The position numbers and the translations under genes are program-made. The notes under the pieces are model-generated. The model did not search any database. It worked only from the letters and a program-made list of their open reading frames with translations, and was not told the origin of the DNA. From a virus (lineage: Duplodnaviria; Caudoviricetes): a stretch of DNA of 57,469 nucleotides. Location of the stretch: positions 1-57,469 of the IMG/VR virus record IMGVR_UViG_3300030102_005019, one strand, 5' to 3'. Below, piece after piece: positions 45,983-56,831 of the stretch (within the stretch, counting starts at the first letter, position 1; each line of letters begins with the position of its first letter).

Positions 45983-46741
45983 TTATATATTTTCTTTATT
46001 AAAAGTTTCTTGTTCTATTTTTGCCATACTTTGTATAACAAAAGGATCTTTTATAACAACACCTACATAAGATAAAACTTTTATAATAACGTTTGGCTCT
46101 TCACTCGGGTGTAATTCAAAATTAACACTTGACGCAGAGTCAAATTTTATAGAACTGTTTGGTCCTACTTCACTACTAATGTTCCAAGCTACAATGTCAG
46201 GTTTTTTAATGTAATATAAATTTAAATTACCGGTTAAAGTTGCTGGTAATATTTTTATTGCATTATCTAAATGCGCTGTGCCGCCAGTATTATCTGTTAC
46301 TTGTTGCCTATAAAAAATAGGGTATGTAGTTGTTGGGTTAATAAGTTTTGAAGATATTATATGAGGTAGTTCTGAAATATTTATTTCTTCAATTTCTGTG
46401 GAGTTATCGTCTTTATAAACAGAAACTAATTTATATAGATCTGTAATAGTATTTGTTAAGTTTATTTGATCATTTGTTGTATCTATAGCTACTGTTGCTA
46501 ATTTTAAAAAATGATCTATTTTTTCTTTTATATTTTTAGTTACATCGCCATAATCATCGTTAGAACCTACAACGTTTGATTTGTTTAAGCTCCTATTATA
46601 ATCATAAAATGTTTTTTCTAGTATTTCTAATTGAGCTTGATTAGCTAATTTATTAAATTGTGCAGGAGTTAATTGTCCTCTTTGTTCTCTATTTAATATT
46701 GTTAATACTGTTTTATATACTTTGTCTACGCTTATAGCCAT
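45983..46741 (-). CDS. Virion ring/adaptor protein
   Basis: VYKTVLTILNREQRGQLTPAQFN..YIKKP..FELHPSE. Confidence 0.6.
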   Translation of the reverse strand: MAISVDKVYKTVLTILNREQRGQLTPAQFNKLANQAQLEILEKTFYDYNRSLNKSNVVGSNDDYGDVTKNIKEKIDHFLKLATVAIDTTNDQINLTNTITDLYKLVSVYKDDNSTEIEEINISELPHIISSKLINPTTTYPIFYRQQVTDNTGGTAHLDNAIKILPATLTGNLNLYYIKKPDIVAWNISSEVGPNSSIKFDSASSVNFELHPSEEPNVIIKVLSYVGVVIKDPFVIQSMAKIEQETFNKENI

Positions 46742-46763
46742 GCTTATTGTATTATTTATATGA

Positions 46764-46786
46764 TTAGGCCACTTTACGCGGCCTAA
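46764..46786 (-). terminator. Intergenic hairpin
   Basis: Minus strand TTAGGCCGC-GTAAA-GTGGCCTAA; no strong U tail. Confidence 0.4.
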
Positions 46787-46799
46787 CCTTATAAAGTGA

Positions 46800-47540
46800 C
46801 TATTTTAGTCTTTTTTCTATTGTGCTGTAAACTTCTACACCCTCGTCAGTTTTAAACCAAGCGGCTAAAGCTGAATAAGGATTTTCATCAAATGGTACGA
46901 CCATTAATTTTTTACTATTAGATACCCACACAAAAGTTCTTTGATCATCAGAAAGTTTTATAATGTTTTGTTCAACTGCTTTTAATCCAGTGTTTCTAAC
47001 ATGTATATTTTCGTCTTGAGCAAGTTCGAGAAATAAAGATGGATTTTGTTTAGCAAATACTAATAAATCCCTTTTAATTTCTTTTGATGTCATTTGTGTA
47101 ACTTCACTACCTACGTTTACTCTAACTATAGCTTCTGCTTCTTCTACATCCATTTTTTGAGCAATCATTAAAGCTTCAATTTCAAATTCAATATCAGCTA
47201 ATTGATCTTTTGCTTCTTCTACAGCGTCAAACTCTTCGTATACGTTGTTTAAACCAGGGTGGTATAATGAAAGTAATTTTTGTAATGATTGTTTTGTTTT
47301 TGGCACCAGTAATGTTCCATCTTCAAAAGTTATGTGACCAAGTCTAGCATCACCTGCAAATTCATCAACAAAACAAGTTTTTTGATTTACAGCATATTTT
47401 AATTCTCTTTCATATCCTTTTTCTTCATCGAACCAAAATATATTTTTACTTTTTATAGTAAATGTTAAGGGTGTTAAACCTTTTTTTAGGGTGTAAAGTC
47501 TATCCTTTACTTCCCAGTTTGATTTTTGTTTTTTTGTCAT
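46800..47540 (-). CDS. Conserved hypothetical protein downstream of the major capsid gene
   Basis: 246 aa intact ORF in the structural module. Confidence 0.7.
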   Translation of the reverse strand: MTKKQKSNWEVKDRLYTLKKGLTPLTFTIKSKNIFWFDEEKGYERELKYAVNQKTCFVDEFAGDARLGHITFEDGTLLVPKTKQSLQKLLSLYHPGLNNVYEEFDAVEEAKDQLADIEFEIEALMIAQKMDVEEAEAIVRVNVGSEVTQMTSKEIKRDLLVFAKQNPSLFLELAQDENIHVRNTGLKAVEQNIIKLSDDQRTFVWVSNSKKLMVVPFDENPYSALAAWFKTDEGVEVYSTIEKRLK

Positions 47541-47557
47541 GATATAATATTATTAAA

Positions 47558-47596
47558 TAAAAAAATGTAAAGCAGAGGCGCCGAAGCGCCTCGTCT
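47558..47596 (-). terminator. Rho-independent terminator after the major capsid gene
   Basis: Minus strand GAGGCGC-TTCG-GCGCCTC followed by TGCTTTACATTTTTTT. Confidence 0.8.
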
Positions 47597-47608
47597 CTAC
47601 GTTATAAA

Positions 47609-49009
47609 TTATGAGAAGTTACCAAAGATTACGAAGTTATTCGCAGCTTGAGTTACTAAACATCTTTCTGATAAATAGTGAACTTCCATTGCATCAAGAT
47701 CGCTAGTAGATGCTCCACCAACTGAACCTGTGATCCAAGTTTTTAGTTTTCTATCATCAGCTTCTGAAGCTCTGTATCTAACATGTAAGAAAGGTCTCTT
47801 GATGTTTTTACCAAGAACTTGATCATACACAGAAGATGTACCAGCAGGTACTAATATACCTTGTACATCAGAAGCAATTTCGCCTCTTGTAGAAGCGTCA
47901 TTTAAATATTTCCAATCAGTTTTGTAGAAGTCATAAGAACCTCTTCTAAATCCGTTGAATCCTAAATTTAATGCCATATCTTCTGAATTATTAAATAATC
48001 CATAATCTAAACCACCAGCAGCGTGAGGGTTTAAACCTGCTAACATGTCATCAAAGTTAAGTGATAAGTCTCTGTTTAAGAACATAACGTTTTCTTCAAT
48101 AGCTCCTTGCTTATCAAGCTTTTTAAGCATATTGTCAAAATCTGTTAAGTCGTCAGATGCAGAAGATCCGTCTAAACCATCTTCGTGAATATGACCTCTA
48201 TCTTTAATAGCAGCAAATAAACCTTCAGAACCTTTAATGCCCGTAAGATTTGTGTTGCTATTTTTTTCGATTTCAACCATAGTCATTTCTAAATAGTCAT
48301 TGAATCTTTGTCTTGTATCACCTTCAGCTTTTAAGTACCATAAGAAACCTCCTTGACCAGACTCACCTGAAACTTCAACCCAACCAATTTGAGCAGCATC
48401 AGATCCTGAGATCTCATACTTATCTTTCATGATAATAGGATTGTTAGTGTAAGACTGGAAACTTGGTGTTACAGCTTCTGACATACCATTTTGTGCTTTT
48501 TTGAATTCTGAACCGAATACAAAAAGTTTAATTGCACCTGATGTTGTCACAATGCTTGAATCTGCTACAAGACCTGTTGCTCCTGCATAACCTTTTACTT
48601 TTATCGAACTCGTGCTTGGTATTGCAGTAACTTGAGCTTTTGCAACATCAGTACCGTCAGATATTACAACTAACTGACCTACTCTAATAGCATGTCCTGT
48701 TAGTCCTGATATTGTGTTTTCACCGCTTGAGTCAGCTGCACAAGTACCTCCTGAATAAGATAAATGTAATCTTCCTTGCTCTGACCATACAACTTGATCT
48801 GAGCTCATAGGCATTTCTGCGCCTACCATTGATAAAAATCCTCCAACCGATCTATTACCGTACTTTTCTACTTCAGCTTCGTAAAGCTCTGGTAGGTATT
48901 GTTGTGCCCAACCAGCAGTAGCAGTCGCAGTAAAATCAACGTAATTAGAGGCTAATGTTTGTTTAACTGGAGCTGGAGTTGTAGTCCCGCTCCCTAATGA
49001 AATTGCCAT
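47609..49009 (-). CDS. Major capsid protein
   Basis: 466 aa after portal and scaffold; QYLPELYEAEVEKYGNR, WSEQGRLH, LGFNGFRRGSYDFYK; followed by a strong terminator. Confidence 0.8.
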   Translation of the reverse strand: MAISLGSGTTTPAPVKQTLASNYVDFTATATAGWAQQYLPELYEAEVEKYGNRSVGGFLSMVGAEMPMSSDQVVWSEQGRLHLSYSGGTCAADSSGENTISGLTGHAIRVGQLVVISDGTDVAKAQVTAIPSTSSIKVKGYAGATGLVADSSIVTTSGAIKLFVFGSEFKKAQNGMSEAVTPSFQSYTNNPIIMKDKYEISGSDAAQIGWVEVSGESGQGGFLWYLKAEGDTRQRFNDYLEMTMVEIEKNSNTNLTGIKGSEGLFAAIKDRGHIHEDGLDGSSASDDLTDFDNMLKKLDKQGAIEENVMFLNRDLSLNFDDMLAGLNPHAAGGLDYGLFNNSEDMALNLGFNGFRRGSYDFYKTDWKYLNDASTRGEIASDVQGILVPAGTSSVYDQVLGKNIKRPFLHVRYRASEADDRKLKTWITGSVGGASTSDLDAMEVHYLSERCLVTQAANNFVIFGNFS

Positions 49010-49033
49010 TTTTTAAAAATTTTGTTTTAATTA

Positions 49034-50197
49034 TTATTTTCTAAGTTTAATTCTAAGTTTTGAACTATCATCGCCGCCTATTGCTCTTACTCTTAATCCA
49101 CCAGCTTCAATATTCTGTGCACCCTTCCTGGGATCCATGTTAATATTTTTAGCCTGTAAAGACATGCTTTTTACAGCATCAGCTTTACCTTGTTCATAAA
49201 AATGGTTTGCTATAGAATCAGCGTTTCTAGCAACATAAAGCGCCTTATGATACCCTTGGGCATCTTTCAGCATATTATTTTCATCTAAGAACATCTTAAA
49301 CGCTTTTAAAACATCACTTTGGGCTTGCTTTGTCTCATTTACATCTTTTACATTGTATCTGTATCTGTTTTCACCTACTTTAAATTCAAAACCTTTGAAT
49401 TCATTATTAAAAACATTATCAGTTTTACTTAAAAAATGCTCATTTGATTTTTGTTGCAGAGCAGTAAGTTCTTCCTGCTCTTTTTTATAATTACTATAAA
49501 AATCTACAGCTTCTTTAACGTCCGGAGACATTTTAGAACCTGATTTAATATCATTATAGTATTTTTGTTTCATGCTGGTTAAATGATTTTTAGCACCAGC
49601 AACTTGTTCTTTGTAATTAAGTTGTTTTCTCTTAATATCTCTTTCACTATCAACTTCTTCATCAATTAAAAAACTATCTTCCATGAGAAAACTTATTTCA
49701 TCATCACTAAGATGTGGTTTAGTTTGTTTATAATACTCTCTTAATAAAGCATTATCATCTAAATTATTGTAATCTACATTTAACTTTACGTAATCTTCAA
49801 GTGATCCACCTGTTTCAGACATAAAATCAAGTAAATTTTTGACATCTTCAGGATATTCTAGTTTTACTTCTTGTTTTTCTTCAACTTTTTGCTCGACTTG
49901 CTCAACTTCTTGTAAGCTTTCTTGCTCTTGCACTTGTACGCCATCTTGCTCTTCGTCAATTAGTGTTATAGGTTCTTCGACCGGCTCTTGCGCTGTCTCT
50001 TCAACCTTTTCTTCTGTTTTTTCTTCAACTACTGTTTCAACATTTTCTTGTTGAGTTTCGTTAATTTTATCTAGATCAACTTTATAAGTACCGTCATCTA
50101 ATTTAGTACTTACGCCGGCTTTTTCTAATACCGCTTCTTCTTTTTCAGCTACAGAAGGATTTTCATCTGCTACTGGAGTTACTTTTGTTTCTGACAT
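49034..50197 (-). CDS. Putative scaffolding protein
   Basis: Glu-rich N-terminus; between portal and capsid genes. Confidence 0.65.
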   Translation of the reverse strand: MSETKVTPVADENPSVAEKEEAVLEKAGVSTKLDDGTYKVDLDKINETQQENVETVVEEKTEEKVEETAQEPVEEPITLIDEEQDGVQVQEQESLQEVEQVEQKVEEKQEVKLEYPEDVKNLLDFMSETGGSLEDYVKLNVDYNNLDDNALLREYYKQTKPHLSDDEISFLMEDSFLIDEEVDSERDIKRKQLNYKEQVAGAKNHLTSMKQKYYNDIKSGSKMSPDVKEAVDFYSNYKKEQEELTALQQKSNEHFLSKTDNVFNNEFKGFEFKVGENRYRYNVKDVNETKQAQSDVLKAFKMFLDENNMLKDAQGYHKALYVARNADSIANHFYEQGKADAVKSMSLQAKNINMDPRKGAQNIEAGGLRVRAIGGDDSSKLRIKLRK

Positions 50198-50225
50198 AAT
50201 ATAATATTATAAAAAATTAAAAAAA

Positions 50226-52643
50226 TTATCTTGGCTCAAATTGTTCTAAACCAAATCCACCTAATGCGTCAAAACCTGCTGACTCAAAATCTTTAGGCGG
50301 TTTACCAGTTTGTCGCTGGTTTATAAGCTCACTTTGTTGTGTAGCTTGTATTTTTGTTCGTTTGTCTTTACGATCTTCTTTGTATTGTTCTTTACTATTA
50401 ATCACCTGTGTTTCCATTTGTTTAAGCCTCATATTAAGCTCAAACTCATGTATCATAAGTTGTTTTTTAAGTTCTGCTTCAGCTTGTAGCTTTTGCATCT
50501 CAAAATTATGCTCAACTTCAGATAACTGTGCTTTACTTTGTGTAGACATTTGTTCTTTTCTCATATCTAGCTCTGCTGCTGCTTGTGCAGCTTGTGTGTT
50601 AGACTGAGTTTGTGCTTGTATATTTTCAAGTTGCATTTGTCTATCAGTTTCTATTTTCTTTCTACGTCTTAGTTTTAATAGTTGATTAGCAAGTTTAAGA
50701 TTTTTTACTTCTCTGACATCTATAGCGTCTTCAAGTTCTATTTGTTGTTGCTGTAGTGCCATTTGAATATTATTTTCTAAAATTTGTTTTTCTTCTTCAT
50801 CTGGTGCTAATTGTAAAAATATACCAAAATCATGCAAATGTAATTCATTTATTTCTTTTAAACTAGCGACATTAAATTTTCCTACACCTTGAACGAAAGC
50901 TTGTGTTGTACTACCATATTCTAAAACATCAGATATTCTTAAAGATATCGCTTCTGCTGTTTTTAATGTTAAATATAAACCTGCTTGTAATACGTGTCTT
51001 GTTGCGGTATTAGAATTAGCCGCTGCTATTTTTTGTAAACCTACTAGCGCATTTTTATCTGGCGTACTACCATCTCTTGCTTCATTTAATCCGGTTACAT
51101 CTCTAATCATTTGTAAATAATAATTATAAGAGTTTATTAAACTAGATATTTTTTGTCCACCGTGGCCTGATTGTAATTCTTGTACAGGAGTTCTGCTATG
51201 GTTATAATCTCCATCTTGTGTCATTGATCTTCCAATTACAGAACCAGTTTGAAAATACATGTTTAATGCTTCTTGTGGGTTGTAATTAGTTCCATTACCT
51301 AAATCTATTTCAGCAATACCGTCAGCATCTAAATAAACACCATCAGGTACCATCCTAGATAAAACTTGTTGTAGTTTTAAATGAGTTAGCTGTATCATAT
51401 CTGCAAAGCTTGTCATTCTACCAACTAAAGACTCTATTTTACCTTTATAAATTCTTGGAGCAACTATATTATAACTCATCTGTACTTTAGTTGTATCAGC
51501 TTTAGGTCTTGTCATATTTTTAGCAAGTTGCCATTTTAACAACTTGTTACTACCTATTATTTTAGCACCTTCATATAAAACCTCTATAGATCTATTTACT
51601 TTTGAAAATCTTGATCTAGCGTCTTTTGGTGGATTAAATGTGTCTGTTTTTTCTATTGCTTTATCTGCGCCAGAAGAAGTTTGTTTTATTTTGTATACTT
51701 GGTTATTATAACTTTTATATTCAAAATATAAAACATAAACATAATTATTATCAGGTGAGTCAGCACTAGCATATGTTTTATTATACATTAAAGCATTACT
51801 ACCTAAACCTTCTATTTCTTTAATATCATCATCAGTTAACTCTGGATATTGTTTTTTTAAGTCAATTAAACTAACTCTTCTAACTTCACCTACATAATAT
51901 ATATCATCAAAATAAGGTGATTCAGTATAAGAATACACTAAATCAGATGGATCAACATATTCTAACTTTATACCCTCAGCTGTATTAAAACTATTTTTTA
52001 CAGCAGCAATACCTATGACAGCTAAATCATAATCTAATCTTTTCTTTAATAAATCATATTTATTGTAATCAAAAACATTATTTATAGCTTCTTCTTCAGC
52101 AATTTCAATACTTTGTTTGTAATCTAGCTGCATGTGTAATTCTAACTCTTCTTGTGTTTCAGGCAAAGTTTCTACTGGGTTATTATACATGTTCAAGCCA
52201 AATTGTTGTTGAACATTATCAAATAACTCTTTGTTTTGCATATCTCTTACTATAGAGTTAACGTAATCAGTTCTTACGTCTATAGAAGCTTGATCTTGTG
52301 AATAAGCTTTTATATCATATAGTCTTTCACCTATACCATTTACAACTATATCTACAAATTTAGGTATAATAGGTACTGGCTTCCAGTCTAAATTAAGATA
52401 AGACAAATCACCATTAATTGATAACTCATCTTTATATTTTTGTATAGATTGCTCTCCTCTAGCATATAATCTTAGTCTGTGAAATTGATCTCTGTTTGCA
52501 TAATATCTAACACTTCCACTTGATCTTTTAAACCATTCTGCTTCTATGCCTTTAGCAATTTCTAAGCCATACACCATTGAAGATTTTTCTTCATCTGTAG
52601 CTGCTTGACTTGGAAAGCGTCCTTTAGGTAATTGTTTTGACAT
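50226..52643 (-). CDS. Portal protein
   Basis: 805 aa right after terminase; PIIPKFVDIVVNG, IRDVTGLNEARDG, Gln-rich C-terminal helices. Confidence 0.85.
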   Translation of the reverse strand: MSKQLPKGRFPSQAATDEEKSSMVYGLEIAKGIEAEWFKRSSGSVRYYANRDQFHRLRLYARGEQSIQKYKDELSINGDLSYLNLDWKPVPIIPKFVDIVVNGIGERLYDIKAYSQDQASIDVRTDYVNSIVRDMQNKELFDNVQQQFGLNMYNNPVETLPETQEELELHMQLDYKQSIEIAEEEAINNVFDYNKYDLLKKRLDYDLAVIGIAAVKNSFNTAEGIKLEYVDPSDLVYSYTESPYFDDIYYVGEVRRVSLIDLKKQYPELTDDDIKEIEGLGSNALMYNKTYASADSPDNNYVYVLYFEYKSYNNQVYKIKQTSSGADKAIEKTDTFNPPKDARSRFSKVNRSIEVLYEGAKIIGSNKLLKWQLAKNMTRPKADTTKVQMSYNIVAPRIYKGKIESLVGRMTSFADMIQLTHLKLQQVLSRMVPDGVYLDADGIAEIDLGNGTNYNPQEALNMYFQTGSVIGRSMTQDGDYNHSRTPVQELQSGHGGQKISSLINSYNYYLQMIRDVTGLNEARDGSTPDKNALVGLQKIAAANSNTATRHVLQAGLYLTLKTAEAISLRISDVLEYGSTTQAFVQGVGKFNVASLKEINELHLHDFGIFLQLAPDEEEKQILENNIQMALQQQQIELEDAIDVREVKNLKLANQLLKLRRRKKIETDRQMQLENIQAQTQSNTQAAQAAAELDMRKEQMSTQSKAQLSEVEHNFEMQKLQAEAELKKQLMIHEFELNMRLKQMETQVINSKEQYKEDRKDKRTKIQATQQSELINQRQTGKPPKDFESAGFDALGGFGLEQFEPR

Positions 52644-54854
52644 TTATTCTATTATTTTTGAAATGTAACCTTTATTATTGTATTTTTTAAACCCAAAATC
52701 CAATTTTTTCACTATTTTTCCTTGTTTTGGCGCATATAAGTGCCTATTACAAGCCATTATTGCTAATCCTGAGCTAATAGTAGCATCAAATTTTGTTCTG
52801 TTTGTAATATTAAACTTTGACCAATCATTAAGAGTTCTATTAAAGTAAATATTACCATATGTGCCGTCTGATTTTAAACCTACATATTGTTGTATATAAG
52901 TTTCTATAGCTGCGGCATGTGCTTGTTTTATATCTTCACCAGTATTAGGTATACCACCTATTTCTTTTTCTGTTGTTGATAATTTATTATGTGTTTTATC
53001 AGGTCTATTCATTGAGTAACCCCTATAACCACGTCTTTTTAAATAATATAACAACCTTGGTTTGTTGTTTTCTGCTAATATAGGCATACCGTAAAACACT
53101 AATGCCATTAATATATCTTCAAAAAATATTTCTGCAGTTTGTGGTCTTGCAATATATTCTAAAAAAAATGTATTAGGCGGTGCATCTTCCATGCTGAATT
53201 TTGTTAATCCATGTAATGAGCCTTTTGATCCTCTACCATCTACAGTGCCTGATATATCGTAACTATCACAGCCAAAAGCACCAATATGTTCGTTACCAGG
53301 GTATTTAAAACCATTCCTTAATAAAACATTGTTTTGTAAATTAGGTGATGGTATCCATGATATTTCAAATCTACCATTTAAATCAGGATAAAAGCTCACT
53401 ATAGTATCTTTAATCCCATTTAACCACTGAAAATTACCTTTAGTGGTATTACCAGAAGATCTCAAACCTTCATTATAGTCAATTTGTTCGTATATCTTGA
53501 CTAAATTAAATATACTATTTTTTGTTTCATCTCTAAATGCATGTTCTTCAGTTCTTGGGAATTGTCTATAAAATTCATTTAAAGCATCGTGACTATTTTT
53601 TAAGCCATCTGCTTCATTTTCCCAATGCTCGATAACTCCGACGTCGATGCTATCATTATAAGGTCCTGCAATTGGTTTTTCTGGTGTATCGAACACAGGT
53701 ATTCCATGAGTATCAATGTATCCCTCGTAGTTCCATTCCATAGGTATGAACAAACTATATAATCCAGAACGAGTTTGTCCGTTTTTATTTCTTTTTGTAA
53801 CGTCTGAATCATAATATAATTGTTTAAAATTTTCACCACCTTTATCCAAAGCGTTAGATGTTGATCCCATCATACACTTACCAATAATCCTACTACCTAA
53901 TCTTAATGTTGTTTTAGTTACTCGCCAGTTATTTAAAATGTTTTCTGGTCTTTCCCATTTACCAGCTTCATCATGTACAAGCAGTTGTAATTTTTCACCA
54001 TCATAACTGTTATCACCTGTATTCTTCCAATCAATAGTTGTGTCTAATCCCGTGAGTTCCTCTGTTTTTTGTTTAGATAATATATTTCTTTTTGTAAACT
54101 TACTAGCTGGTACTCTATAAGCTAATTCTGTTTTTGGCCGATCCATACCATCTTGTATGGGTTTAAAGAAAAACGGGTAGTTGACTGATATTGGTACAAC
54201 TTTATCTGTGAACATTTTTTTTGCGTCTGCACCAGACTTTGATAATATACCAAATCTTGCGTCTGAAGAGATAGTTGCTTGTCCAACTGTTTCTGAGCTG
54301 GCCATAAACGAAAATCCACTTCTTCTGTTTTTAAGGTAACACATCCCATAACATCTATCGTCTGCTTTACAGGCTTCCCAAAAAATAAAGAATAATCTGT
54401 TTGCTTCTCTAAACTCTGGCTTCCCAACATCAATCTTGGTCCATTGCAAGTACATATAATGAGAACCAGTGATATAAGTAATATTATCTTTGTTGCTGAA
54501 CCAATAACCTTCGTCGCGTTTGGTAAATTCTCTATCAATATAAACATACCATTTATTTTTAAAATCATCTGGTAAATCTTTCCAATCAAATATAGTTTTA
54601 ATTTTTTCTAACTCTTTTGGATACTGATTTACCTCCCATTTATTATTTCCTTTTTCAATTTTTTTTGGTTGTTTTGGTAATGCAATTTTTAAATTCTGTA
54701 TGCTATACACATCACCTATTTGTCCGGTTTTACTTATAACAATAACATCATGTTCTTTATTATAACCGTATTTCCAATATTTTTTCTTATTTAACCTATG
54801 TATGGTTGTTTGTTTTATAGGTTTTATAATTTTATATAGGGTTTGTTTGTACAT
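52644..54854 (-). CDS. Terminase large subunit
   Basis: LKNRRSGFS Walker A, LLVHDEAGKW Walker B, GSTS, FGCDSYD nuclease, AENN and DATISSG. Confidence 0.88.
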   Translation of the reverse strand: MYKQTLYKIIKPIKQTTIHRLNKKKYWKYGYNKEHDVIVISKTGQIGDVYSIQNLKIALPKQPKKIEKGNNKWEVNQYPKELEKIKTIFDWKDLPDDFKNKWYVYIDREFTKRDEGYWFSNKDNITYITGSHYMYLQWTKIDVGKPEFREANRLFFIFWEACKADDRCYGMCYLKNRRSGFSFMASSETVGQATISSDARFGILSKSGADAKKMFTDKVVPISVNYPFFFKPIQDGMDRPKTELAYRVPASKFTKRNILSKQKTEELTGLDTTIDWKNTGDNSYDGEKLQLLVHDEAGKWERPENILNNWRVTKTTLRLGSRIIGKCMMGSTSNALDKGGENFKQLYYDSDVTKRNKNGQTRSGLYSLFIPMEWNYEGYIDTHGIPVFDTPEKPIAGPYNDSIDVGVIEHWENEADGLKNSHDALNEFYRQFPRTEEHAFRDETKNSIFNLVKIYEQIDYNEGLRSSGNTTKGNFQWLNGIKDTIVSFYPDLNGRFEISWIPSPNLQNNVLLRNGFKYPGNEHIGAFGCDSYDISGTVDGRGSKGSLHGLTKFSMEDAPPNTFFLEYIARPQTAEIFFEDILMALVFYGMPILAENNKPRLLYYLKRRGYRGYSMNRPDKTHNKLSTTEKEIGGIPNTGEDIKQAHAAAIETYIQQYVGLKSDGTYGNIYFNRTLNDWSKFNITNRTKFDATISSGLAIMACNRHLYAPKQGKIVKKLDFGFKKYNNKGYISKIIE

Positions 54855-54857
54855 TAT

Positions 54858-55151
54858 TTAATTGTATTTTTTGAGATCTATTTTATAACTCTCATCTAAT
54901 CCTTGCATATCTATTAATTCGTGGCAAATTTTGGTTACTTCTTTAAAATATTCTTTTTTTGTTTGAAGAATACTTTTTCCATGCATTTTATTTACCCTAC
55001 ATATATCAGGTCTATCATCGTATATAGAACAAATATTACCTATTAAATTTGCACAACTACCATCTTTTTTTGTAGGTAAACCATATTTTGCGCTATCAAT
55101 TTTTCCAATAAATCTACAGCAAGCTCCGCAACTAGAACATAAAAACTTCAT
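54858..55151 (-). CDS. YkgJ-family (CxxCxxCC) Zn/Fe-S cluster protein
   Basis: CSSCGACC..CANL..CSIYDDRPDICR. Confidence 0.8.
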   Translation of the reverse strand: MKFLCSSCGACCRFIGKIDSAKYGLPTKKDGSCANLIGNICSIYDDRPDICRVNKMHGKSILQTKKEYFKEVTKICHELIDMQGLDESYKIDLKKYN

Positions 55152-55423
55152 TACTTTGATCTTCTTTCAGCAAAACCTTTAAATGTGTTTTCTTTTTGTT
55201 CTACTGGTTTATTATCTAATAAAGCTTTTTCAGCCTCAATACGGTTTAATATTTCAAAAGCATCGAATATAGCTAGCTTTTTTGTTGCTGCTGCATTTTT
55301 TAATCTATCAGCTGAAACATCATCTTCTGTATCAACTATTTCTTCTTTAGCAACTTTTATAAGTTCATTAACCGCTCTGTAACCAGCTTGGATTATATTC
55401 TTTTTCGTTTCCTTTATATTCAT
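55151..55423 (-). CDS. Putative terminase small subunit or conserved protein
   Basis: 90 aa helical protein upstream of TerL; DRLKNAAATKKLAIFDAFEIL. Confidence 0.5.
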   Translation of the reverse strand: MNIKETKKNIIQAGYRAVNELIKVAKEEIVDTEDDVSADRLKNAAATKKLAIFDAFEILNRIEAEKALLDNKPVEQKENTFKGFAERRSK

Positions 55424-55961
55424 ATTTAATACAAATTGATTTTATTGGTACTCTATAAAGTCTTTCGTTGTTTATTATAAATTCATATTCACTATCTGGT
55501 GTAAAACCTATAAGATCTTGTTTTTTAATATGTTTATTGTCAACATATTTTATAATACCCGTGTTTTCTTTTTCTTTATTTGTAGAAAACTTATCATCAT
55601 TTGATATCGGTTTAACAAAACAATATTCTTTTATAGGCTTCCATTCCGTTCTATGTCTGTAGGCAAATATTTGATCTAAATAAACAAAATACATACCATC
55701 TACAAAACTACTGCTACTGTCTTTTTCATTACCTCTAATATCATTAAACCTTCTAAAAACATTATGATGTACTATTATTTCATCACCTTGTTTTATAGGT
55801 GATTTAACGTTTATTGGGCAATGTATGACTTTAGCGTTTCTACTAACAAATTTATGATCTTGTATTTCAGTGTTTAATATAAAATCTTTATCACCAATTT
55901 TTTTAGTATTATTATATCTTTTTTCTATAGGTTTTATTATAAAATAATATAAGCTTTGCAT
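55368..55961 (-). CDS. GroES-like co-chaperonin domain protein
   Basis: FIIKP..IKQGDEIIVHHN and YCFVKP..GIIKY tandem GroES-like segments. Confidence 0.55.
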   Translation of the reverse strand: MQSLYYFIIKPIEKRYNNTKKIGDKDFILNTEIQDHKFVSRNAKVIHCPINVKSPIKQGDEIIVHHNVFRRFNDIRGNEKDSSSSFVDGMYFVYLDQIFAYRHRTEWKPIKEYCFVKPISNDDKFSTNKEKENTGIIKYVDNKHIKKQDLIGFTPDSEYEFIINNERLYRVPIKSICIKYEYKGNEKEYNPSWLQSG

Positions 55962-56179
55962 TAATATTCTAAATTATATTCTATACTTATAGCCATGTTT
56001 TTATTGAAATCTTTCCAAGGTAAAACATCTTGACCTTTTTTAATGAATATACTAAATTTTTCTTCTTTTTCTATTATATCACATATTTTGTGACCACCAT
56101 ATACTTCTTGTCCTACAGAATAATGCATAGCTGAGTCTTTGTAGTCTCTACCTACACTAATTTTTCTAATTAAATTCAT
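55961..56179 (-). CDS. Hypothetical protein
   Basis: IRKISVGRDYKDSAMHYSVGQ; TAATG overlap. Confidence 0.65.
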   Translation of the reverse strand: MNLIRKISVGRDYKDSAMHYSVGQEVYGGHKICDIIEKEEKFSIFIKKGQDVLPWKDFNKNMAISIEYNLEY

Positions 56180-56196
56180 ATTCTATTTTATTTGTT

Positions 56197-56658
56197 TTAT
56201 TTTTTTAAAACAGATGTTACTTTTTCTCCACTACGTCCACCAAAATATGCTAATACAACTGCCATCATTACTTTTTCAAACGTGTCGTTCCATGTTTCAC
56301 CTATATGAAATGGTATTGAATCAACACTATCAAGTAATCCAGCTAATGAAAATATAACAATACACCACACTAAAACTAGCGGGCGTACATTTTTAGAAAG
56401 CCACGAGTCTGATTTTGAATCTGCTTCCCATCTTGAAGTTATAGCTTCCATCTCTTTATTTTGTTGCTCGTATATAAGTTGTTGCAATTTTATTTTATCA
56501 TCAGCACTTACATCTGATTTACCTATTGCAGCTATAGCTTCACCTGGTGAAGTTACACCTTTAAGTACATTACCTAATGTTGGGTTAACTATAGAAGCTG
56601 CTCCAAACAAAAGTTTACCAACTGTACTTTCTGCAAATTTTTTCTTTGGCTTTGACAT
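56197..56658 (-). CDS. Holin (3TM / GTA-type)
   Basis: RWEAD..SDSWLSKNVRP, TM segments, AYFGGRS.EK. Confidence 0.75.
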   Translation of the reverse strand: MSKPKKKFAESTVGKLLFGAASIVNPTLGNVLKGVTSPGEAIAAIGKSDVSADDKIKLQQLIYEQQNKEMEAITSRWEADSKSDSWLSKNVRPLVLVWCIVIFSLAGLLDSVDSIPFHIGETWNDTFEKVMMAVVLAYFGGRSGEKVTSVLKK

Positions 56659-56831
56659 TATTTTTTTAATTTAAATTGTTTATCGTATGGTACTAATCTA
56701 TTTAAAGCTTCTCTTCTTCCTTCGCAACCACAAGGTACGTTTAAACCTTTTGAAACTTTATCTACAATGGTTTTAATACCTGTTGCTTTTGTTACTTTAT
56801 GTATTGTGTCTCCTAATCCTTTTGATTTCAT
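56658..56831 (-). CDS. Small protein (57 aa) with CGC motif
   Basis: MKSKGLGDTIHKVTKATGIK..PCGCEGRREALNRLVPY; overlaps stop/start on both sides. Confidence 0.65.
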   Translation of the reverse strand: MKSKGLGDTIHKVTKATGIKTIVDKVSKGLNVPCGCEGRREALNRLVPYDKQFKLKK

